From Dehalococcoidia bacterium (lineage in GTDB: Bacteria > Chloroflexota > Dehalococcoidia > Lucifugimonadales > JADFKI01), in NCBI GenBank assembly GCA_963581905.1, contig CAUZQF010000001.1, positions 1-35,550 on the forward strand: 35,550 nucleotides of DNA, written 5' to 3'. The notes under the pieces are model-generated. The model did no database searches and was not told the DNA's origin. It worked only from the letters and a program-made list of their open reading frames with translations. Position numbers and translations under genes: made by a program. Positions 29,552 through 35,550 of this stretch are shown piece by piece (the stretch's first letter is position 1; each line of letters opens with the position of its first letter).

Positions 29552-30433
29552 ATGACGTCTCGACCACAGCGCAGGCTGCCGGACTGGCTAAGGGTAAAGG
29601 CTCCCGGTGGGCGCAATTACCTGGAACTGCGACAGATATTCAAGAGCACTCAGCTTCACACCGTTTGTGAGGAGGCTCGCTGTCCGAATATCGGCGAATG
29701 CTGGGACCGCAAGACTGCCAGCTTCATGGTTCTGGGCGACATATGCACCAGGGCATGCACTTATTGCGCCGTGGATACTGGCAAACCGCTGACGGTAGAC
29801 GCGTTGGAGCCAGTCAGGCTAGCCGAAACCGTTCATAAATTAGGTCTGAAATATGCCGTCATAACCTCTGTTGATAGGGACGACCTTCCTGATGGGGGCG
29901 CGTATATATTCGCCCAATGTATTTCCCAGATTCACAAGCGCCTGCCGACCTGCAAGGTTGAGGTGCTGATTCCAGATTTCCAGGGCGATTGGGAGGCGTT
30001 GGCGTCGGTGATGGACGCCAAGCCAGAAACCCTGAACCATAATATAGAGACCGTACGTAGGGTGTTTCCGAGAGTGCGTCCCAAGGGCGATTACGACCTG
30101 TCTTTGAAGCTGTTGGCAAAGGCTAAAGAACTTGATCCGGATTCCGTGACCAAGTCTGGCATGATGGTCGGCCTTGGTGAGGCATGGGACGAGGTGCTGC
30201 AGACCATGCGCGATCTTCGGAATGTAGACTGCGACTTGCTGACAATCGGCCAATACCTTAGGCCTTCTCCCAAGCACGCTCCTCTGGCGCGCTGGTACAC
30301 GCCGGACGAGTTCAAGGAGCTTCAGGAAGAAGGCAATGCCATGGGCTTCAAGCATGTGGCGTCAGGCCCTCTTGTACGCAGCTCCTATCACGCCGACGAA
30401 CAGCACGAAGCAGCAACAAAGGTCCGCGCTTAA
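29552..30433 (+). CDS. lipA: lipoyl synthase (radical SAM)
   Basis: Auxiliary cluster motif CEEARCPNIGEC, radical-SAM motif CTRACTYC, SGMMVGLGE, and a LipA-type C-terminus (RSSYHA). Confidence 0.96.
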   Translation: MTSRPQRRLPDWLRVKAPGGRNYLELRQIFKSTQLHTVCEEARCPNIGECWDRKTASFMVLGDICTRACTYCAVDTGKPLTVDALEPVRLAETVHKLGLKYAVITSVDRDDLPDGGAYIFAQCISQIHKRLPTCKVEVLIPDFQGDWEALASVMDAKPETLNHNIETVRRVFPRVRPKGDYDLSLKLLAKAKELDPDSVTKSGMMVGLGEAWDEVLQTMRDLRNVDCDLLTIGQYLRPSPKHAPLARWYTPDEFKELQEEGNAMGFKHVASGPLVRSSYHADEQHEAATKVRA

Positions 30434-30466
30434 GTTAACCTTTCCTGGCTTCCGCTGGCTGATAAC

Positions 30467-30685
30467 GTGGGGACAAAATACGTGGCAGTGGTGGGAGTAA
30501 TTTTGGTGTTCTCGCCGTTAAACGGCCCGCTGGGTGGACTGGCGGCGCTGTCTACAGGCTACCTGTTGTTCAGTGTAGGGGAGTGGACTGCGCCCATACC
30601 TATCGTCATTTACGCAATGGCCTTGGCGGCCGCAACATTCGCGATTCGTCCGCTTTATTACAGGGCGAAAAGCGACTGCGCCTGA
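30467..30685 (+). CDS. small two-transmembrane hypothetical membrane protein
   Basis: 72-aa ORF with a GTG start, 33 nt downstream of lipA, containing two hydrophobic helices. I recognise no family. Confidence 0.4.
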   Translation: MGTKYVAVVGVILVFSPLNGPLGGLAALSTGYLLFSVGEWTAPIPIVIYAMALAAATFAIRPLYYRAKSDCA

Positions 30686-30736
30686 ATGTATCATCCCGAC
30701 GGAGTTACGTCATAAAACTGGGTTATAGCACCGAGC

Positions 30737-30880
30737 CTAGTCGGAGGAGGGGAGTTTCCTAGGCTGCTGCACCGGCATTTCAACGCCGTGGCATTCGATC
30801 ACGCCTTCCCCTGCTTTGGTGCAGAGGACCATTGATCCGCAGGTTTCACACTGATACCGTCGTCCTAGTTGGTTCGCCAT
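30737..30880 (-). CDS. unannotated 47-aa desulforedoxin-like metal-binding mini-protein (variant CxxC...CH)
   Basis: Translated by hand: MANQLGRRYQCETCGSMVLCTKAGEGVIECHGVEMPVQQPRKLPSSD. It has an ATG start with AGAGGAA about 9 nt upstream, and it is a paralogue of the adjacent mini-ORF. Confidence 0.55.
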   Translation of the reverse strand: MANQLGRRYQCETCGSMVLCTKAGEGVIECHGVEMPVQQPRKLPSSD

Positions 30881-30950
30881 TTAATGCAATTCCTCTATTG
30901 AATTTAAGTAGTATGGCGGGGACAAACGCCCCGCTAATATATTCGGAAAA

Positions 30951-31067
30951 TTACTTCTGCGACATGGGTTCGCCGCAGCAGTTGATGGAGCCTTCTCCAC
31001 CCCTGGTTACAACAAACTCTGCGTTGCACTTGGAGCAAGAATATCTTTTGCCTGTCTCGTTAGCCAA
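30951..31067 (-). CDS. unannotated 38-aa desulforedoxin-like mini-protein (canonical C-x2-C-x15-C-C)
   Basis: Translated by hand: (M)ANETGKRYSCSKCNAEFVVTRGGEGSINCCGEPMSQK. It has a TTG start with AAGAGGT 8 nt upstream and an in-frame TAG three codons upstream of the start. The Cys spacing and the CCGEPM motif match the desulforedoxin / desulfoferrodoxin N-terminal FeS4 domain. Confidence 0.62.
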   Translation of the reverse strand: MANETGKRYSCSKCNAEFVVTRGGEGSINCCGEPMSQK

Positions 31068-31139
31068 ATTCAGCTACCTCTTAACCCTTTATTTAACAAT
31101 AATTATAGCCAGATTCCTCTATATCGTCAACGAACCCGA

Positions 31140-32337
31140 TCAGCTATCGTTCAGGACATTTCGGCGAGCATTTGCAAGGGTTTCTGTTCGTTGCTGGTCC
31201 AAATTTATGGGATGAATGATCAGCGTGTCCTGGTGAAGAAATCCTTCGTTCACAAAAACGCCTGGGTCTCCGCTCTTCAGCGCTCCAGAAATCTCGAAGC
31301 CGCTCTTGCCAACAGCCTTAGAGTCGATGACCAGGTTCAAGAGAGGGCAGCCCTCGCCATCGGGCAGAATAATCCGAGGCTTAACCGGCAAACGCTGATG
31401 CTGTCAGCTATGTACTCCAGGTATCCGCGCTGGCTCGCCGCCTCATCGGCGTACGCTCCCTGCGAGAAAAGGCGCAACGCGGTCAGAAGCCCAACGATGT
31501 TTTCTTTCGATACCTTGAAACCTCGACCAACACCGTGGCGCGGAATGCCCTTTATGGCCGACTTGGGAATCAGGTCCTCCGGTGGGTCCCAGATTTCGAA
31601 ATACTCATCCATATCCAGGTGCTGCAACGCCACCGACGCTATCAGCTCACGTTTGCCGCAAATAATGCCGGCTGACTGAGGTCCGCGAAGAGCTTTGTCC
31701 CAGCTGAAGACGACTAGGTCCACGCCCATATCGATGAAGCGCCGTAGGTTTGCGATTGAGGGCAGCTGCGCGGCGGCGTCGACCAGCACGGGCAGACCAT
31801 GCTCGTGAGCCACTCTGATGACTTCTTCCAGTGGCGGCTGGCTGGTTTTTGTGGCCGAGTAAGCTACGCCTACCGTGGAGTCCGTAATGGCAGCCTCGTA
31901 CTCCCAGGCCTCCGTCCTGCGCACACCAGCTCCCGCGACCTGCTCGTTCATGCCTACATCAATCAGCTTGGCCCCGGCGACGCGAATGGAGTGGTCGTAG
32001 CCGTTGCGATGCTCCCTGGAGATAATCATCTCGTTGGCAATGCCAGTGGTATCTGGAAGACGGTCCAGGATTCCAGGATTCATGCCCGCTAGAATTGCCG
32101 CCGTTCCCAGGGTGAGTCCCGCCGCCGCTCCGGACGTTATATGCCCTGCTTCCGCGCCAGTGACCTCAGCGATCTGACGTGACGCCACAGCCTGCAGTTC
32201 CACCATGTTCAGAGAGGCGGAGGCTGCATCTGACATCGCCTGCACCACCTCGTCCGGCATCAATGCACCTCCCACTCGTGTGGAAAGCCGGCGACGTTGA
32301 TGATAGTCCGCACGCCTAAGTCTTCATAAATTCCCAT
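31140..32337 (-). pseudogene. SelA-like / DgaE-like PLP-dependent enzyme (fold type I) broken by two single-base deletions
   Basis: The ATG at 32337 gives MGIYEDLGVRTIINVAGFP. The expected continuation TRVGGALMPDEVVQAM is in the -1 frame from about 32281, which is the 312-aa track ORF containing FSWDKALRGPQSAG with the PLP lysine. The C-terminal part (RIILPDGEGCPLLNLVIDS...) is again in the -1 frame from about 31395, which is the 83-aa track ORF. The total of 1198 nt is 3n+1, so restoring two bases gives 400 codons. Confidence 0.75.
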
Positions 32338-32353
32338 CAAGAAAAACCTTCTG

Positions 32354-33244
32354 TTAACTTCTTATCACTTCTAAAACTGCTTGAGTCGTCTCGTAGTCTC
32401 GCCTGCCACCTCGCAGGATCGGAGGCACGAGGTATATTGTGTCCAACCCGGCGGAGGCGAAGTCGTCCAGGACCTGCAAGGCTATGTCACGTCCGGGCCG
32501 TCCCTTTTCCAGGTCGTCTGTAATCCATTGAGGTATGTTTCCGAAGGCGATGCCCTCCGGCACCATAACCTGCACTCCGTGGAAGACGGGTACGCTGATC
32601 GGCTCGCCGAATCGCTCCTGGTACCGCCTGTGGAAGGCGAGAGGGGTCTCCGAAGTGAAGGTAGGCTGGGACATCAAGAACTGAGCGCCTGCCTGAATCT
32701 TCCTGTGGACCAGCAGAAGCTCTCGCTCTAGGTCGCGGGCCATGTCGATGGTTGCGCCTACGCAGAACTTGGTCGGCTGGCGCAATTTCAAGCCTTTGAA
32801 GTCCAGGCCAGCGTTCATGTTCGTAATTGACGTTAACAGCTGGCTGGGCGTGAAGTCGTTGACGTCCTTGACCACTGTCAGGTCTCGCTCGGTGAAATCG
32901 TCGCCTTTGACAACGACTACGTTTTCCAGACCGTTAAGTTGCGCACCCAGCAGCAGACTCTGAATAGCTAGCTTGTTCATGTCCCTGGTGGCCAAAGAAA
33001 AGACGACGTCTTTCCCCGTATTGGCCTTGATCCACTGGGCAGCAAAGGCGGGGTTGACCCTGACAGAGCGCCCGGGGTTGTAGGCTATGGATATCCATTC
33101 CACATCCAGGTCTCGAGCAGGTTCCAGGAGGTCAGTGCCAGGTCCTCTAGGCGGCGAGAAGTCGCAGATAACCAGAGGTCTGCGGTGGGTCTGCTGGAGG
33201 ATGTCTGATATTACTACCATTTGGCCGCCAAACAAAGATGACAA
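32354..33244 (-). CDS. methylenetetrahydrofolate reductase-like protein (MetF/MTHFR family)
   Basis: 296-aa ORF with an MTHFR-type TIM-barrel pattern: CDFSPPRG, SLATRDMN, VVVVKGDD, AGAQFLMSQPTF. The start is uncertain, either the TTG at 33244 or the ATG at 33220. Confidence 0.75.
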   Translation of the reverse strand: MSSLFGGQMVVISDILQQTHRRPLVICDFSPPRGPGTDLLEPARDLDVEWISIAYNPGRSVRVNPAFAAQWIKANTGKDVVFSLATRDMNKLAIQSLLLGAQLNGLENVVVVKGDDFTERDLTVVKDVNDFTPSQLLTSITNMNAGLDFKGLKLRQPTKFCVGATIDMARDLERELLLVHRKIQAGAQFLMSQPTFTSETPLAFHRRYQERFGEPISVPVFHGVQVMVPEGIAFGNIPQWITDDLEKGRPGRDIALQVLDDFASAGLDTIYLVPPILRGGRRDYETTQAVLEVIRS

Positions 33245-33291
33245 AAATGACCAGGTAATTAAAGGGCTATCTCAATTGACCTGGTCATTTT
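33244..33291. repeat. perfect 13-bp inverted repeat (AAAATGACCAGGT / ACCTGGTCATTTT) with a 22-nt spacer
   Basis: Read directly: arms at 33244-33256 and 33279-33291. It sits between the zinc-ribbon gene and the MTHFR-like gene. On the minus strand the hairpin is followed by TTTTTG, so it looks like a terminator or attenuator, or it could be an operator. Confidence 0.7.
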
Positions 33292-33351
33292 AACTATCCA
33301 TGTTGGATGCTTCAAGTTGGGAGACGTGAAGCTGATGGCGCTAGCGTGGAA

Positions 33352-33828
33352 TTACTTCCAGCCAAGTCCACCGCTTTTGGCCGGGGTCAGTGAAACCCGG
33401 TGGCCTTCGTTGCACTTGTAACGTTCCTCGCGGACCTCGCGTCGCTTGCCGGACAGTGAAGACTGGTCCATCTGGCATTGGCAAAAGGGACACGTCACGC
33501 CGAAGACGACCCGGTTGCGAACCCTGCGAAGCTGCACATAGGTCAGCGTCTCCGTAAGAGAATGGAAGTCTCCAACGTAGCGAAGAACGTATCGGGTGCC
33601 GGCGCTCAGGATGCTCTTCGGCTTATTCGCGTCTACCGGCGGCGCGTACTCGTAGTCGACGTAGCCGCACTGCAGACACTGTGGTTCGTCATAGTTCATG
33701 CGAAGTTGAGATTCGCATCTGGGACAGACGAATTGGCGGGGCTTTGCTACCAATTCCGGTCCATAAATTCGGTACGGCTCAATTACCGGAGAGTAATAAC
33801 TGTTGTGGTCACCTGCTGGACTTACCAA
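33352..33828 (-). CDS. orphan protein with two zinc-ribbon-like Cys clusters
   Basis: 158-aa ORF with a TTG start preceded by GAGGAGGGG. It carries CPRC-x12-CLQC and CPFC-x22-C-x3-H clusters. I recognise no family. Confidence 0.6.
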   Translation of the reverse strand: MVSPAGDHNSYYSPVIEPYRIYGPELVAKPRQFVCPRCESQLRMNYDEPQCLQCGYVDYEYAPPVDANKPKSILSAGTRYVLRYVGDFHSLTETLTYVQLRRVRNRVVFGVTCPFCQCQMDQSSLSGKRREVREERYKCNEGHRVSLTPAKSGGLGWK

Positions 33829-34400
33829 GACTACCCCTCCTCACGGTCCCTTTGGCTTGGCTACCGCGGGACTGAAACTCTACAAATCGTCATGTTGGTT
33901 GATAGACACCCACGTTTGGGTTAAACCTGTGGAATCAAAATACGGATACAGACACGTGGATTCATTACAGGCAAGCACCCCCAAGGACATTGCGCAGATT
34001 ATCGGGCGCATCCACCCCAAGTGCTATCCAGGTAGCCATCCATTTGTGTCTAGGTGCTAGTACCTAGAGCCGGAGAAATACAAGACTGCCTATATGAAAA
34101 GAACTGATAACTTAATGCCACTAAAGTTTGGACTATTCTTATAAAAATATAAAAATAAGTCAAGCTGTAAAAAACGAATAATTGGTGGTGTTTCTGCTTG
34201 ACAGTGTCTTGTAACCGGGCATGATAGCGATCTAATTTCTAGCATGTTTCAGGTGCTTACCAGGTGAACGCTTAATAACTATGTAAAAACTAGATAAATA
34301 AAAGTTTAGTCTAATATGTTGTTTATTATATATCTCAATACTTTTGGATGATAGAAGGCGCTGACCGGTTTAGGTGCGTGGTATTTTGGATCAATCGGAA

Positions 34401-34429
34401 TTGACACATTCCGTGGTTCTTAATACTAT
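34401..34429 (+). promoter_or_regulatory. near-consensus sigma-70-type promoter facing etfB
   Basis: TTGACA (34401-34406), exactly 17 nt of spacer, and TACTAT (34424-34429). It would give a leader of about 330 nt before the etfB ATG. Confidence 0.5.
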
Positions 34430-34768
34430 CGTCGACGGTGACCTTCGCTTTGGTGGCTCATTTATACTGGTGATTTTTCGCCACAAAAAAGCCTGTCTAT
34501 ATAAAGGGCTTTACGAAATAGAGTTACCGTTACAGCTAGGGTAGGTTTTGGTAAGCCCTGACGCCAATTAAGTGGTGTTTGCTGACAAATCCTTGCAAAC
34601 CACTTCGCTTCGTACAACAATGGGAAAGGCCTAAAATTGACTTCAGTTGAAAAGGTCAATTTAAATGCTACATGGCGAATAGACACAGTCGGGTTTCTCT
34701 GGTTGCTAGGTAGGCCTAAGTAAGCGCCAAAATCGGCAATCCATCGCCGAATTAAAAAAGGGGACTCA

Positions 34769-35550
34769 ATGGGCATCAAGATTATCGTGTGCGTGAAACA
34801 GGTTATGGATCCTGAAACGCCAGCGTCGGCTTTTAAGGTTGACCCAGACTCTAATAAGGTCACACCCGCCCAAGGAATTCCTCCAGTCGTCAACGGCTTT
34901 GACGAGAACGCTGTTGAGGCTGCATTACGGCTAAAAGACAACGGTGATGTGGATAAAATTACCGTGATATCGGTTGGTAACAACTTCGTCATGGACGTGA
35001 TGAAGAAGCCACTTTCTATGGGGGCCGATGAGCTCATCCTTGTTCAAGATGATTCTGTCTCGGATCTGGATGCTTTTGCCACAGCAACCGCTCTAGCCAA
35101 GACCATTGAGCATGTTGGTGAGTACGACCTGATCCTTTGCGGCAGGCAGGCGTCAGACTGGGACCAGGCCCATGTCGCCATGGGTGTGGCCGAGTTGCTT
35201 AACCTACCTTGCATTTCGTTAGCCCAGAAGCTTGATGTGGCTGGCGGCGGCATCACGGTGCAGAGGTCCCTCACAGATGGCTACGAGGTTGTTGAGACAA
35301 AACTTCCTGCCGTTGTGACCGTAACCAACGAGTTGGGCGAACCAAGGTATCCCAACCTGCGCGGCATCATGCAGGCTAGCCGGAAGACACCGACGATACT
35401 TTCGCCTGCAGATCTCAGTTTGGATGCTGATGCATTGGCACCCAAGCTTGCCCTGACAGAGCTTTTTATTCCTGTGAGTGATCAGAAGGTAGAGATAATA
35501 GAAGGCGAAGATGAGGCAGACGCAGGACGCAAGTTGGCCCTACGTCTACG
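34769..35550 (+). CDS. etfB: electron transfer flavoprotein beta subunit (EtfB/FixA family); 3' end off the window
   Basis: Absent from the ORF track because it has no stop in the window. My translation gives MGIKIIVCVKQVMDPETP...VNGFDENAVEAALRLKD...DLILCGRQASDWDQAHVAMGVAELLNLPC...RYPNLRGIMQASRK, a textbook ETF-beta pattern. AAAGGGGA lies 5 nt upstream of the ATG. Confidence 0.93.
   Translation, partial: MGIKIIVCVKQVMDPETPASAFKVDPDSNKVTPAQGIPPVVNGFDENAVEAALRLKDNGDVDKITVISVGNNFVMDVMKKPLSMGADELILVQDDSVSDLDAFATATALAKTIEHVGEYDLILCGRQASDWDQAHVAMGVAELLNLPCISLAQKLDVAGGGITVQRSLTDGYEVVETKLPAVVTVTNELGEPRYPNLRGIMQASRKTPTILSPADLSLDADALAPKLALTELFIPVSDQKVEIIEGEDEADAGRKLALRL

Noticed and set aside
33803-34060. 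85-aa plus-strand ORF at the edge of the AT-rich region
   Set aside because: It has no RBS, overlaps the zinc-ribbon gene start in antisense, and has a composition atypical of the window's proteins. It is probably non-coding.
33829-34768. Replication origin (oriC) in the AT-rich region
   Set aside because: I found only weak partial DnaA-box resemblances (for example TGTGGAATC and CATCCACCC). There is no cluster of TTATCCACA-type boxes, and dnaA, dnaN and gidA are not nearby.
34462-35037. 191-aa minus-strand ORF (and the 76-aa ORF at 35044..35274) from the ORF track
   Set aside because: It is antisense to an unmistakable EtfB-family reading frame that starts at 34769 with a good RBS. The translation is low-complexity and matches no family. 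It is a shadow ORF.

Overview
This is a 35.5-kb chromosomal segment of about 53-55% GC. It is densely packed with housekeeping and central-metabolism genes. I found no rRNA, tRNA, CRISPR array, transposase or integrase. Lineage is a low-confidence guess: strong GGAGG-type ribosome-binding sites (RBS), frequent TTG/GTG starts, a SAM-I riboswitch and a HemQ/ChdC-type heme synthase suggest a monoderm-like group such as Chloroflexota.

Main blocks:
1. Minus strand, 1-7472: phosphohexomutase, metK, a PaaI thioesterase, ahcY, a PfkB kinase, an unannotated 31-aa basic mini-protein, rhodanese and mtnP. A SAM-I riboswitch with its own promoter and terminator heads this string.
2. A phosphofructokinase with a PPi-type signature, then a NitT/TauT-type ABC importer.
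3. An oxc-frc oxalate catabolism operon, then galE.
4. A lower-GC islet (about 42% GC) at 16.0-17.1 kb carrying two coupled, damaged orphan genes.
5. DUF885, ilvE, NIPSNAP, a class III aminotransferase and an HtrA-like protease.
6. A DUF3179 gene with three in-frame stop codons and no frameshift.
7. hemQ, tatA, tatC, a tatB-like gene, maf, an RlmD-like methyltransferase and lipA.
8. A poorly understood minus-strand string: an orphan double zinc-ribbon protein, an MTHFR-like protein, a SelA-like PLP enzyme with two 1-nt deletions, and two tandem unannotated desulforedoxin-like mini-ORFs. It is separated from etfB by a 940-bp AT-rich non-coding region that carries a near-consensus promoter and a long leader.

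The items most worth follow-up are that redox-flavoured string with its AT-rich control region, the orphan islet, the unannotated mini-proteins, and the way all eight inactivating lesions fall in just four accessory genes. I found no recognisable defence or mobile system. All calls rest on reading the sequence and recalling family motifs; no searches were run.
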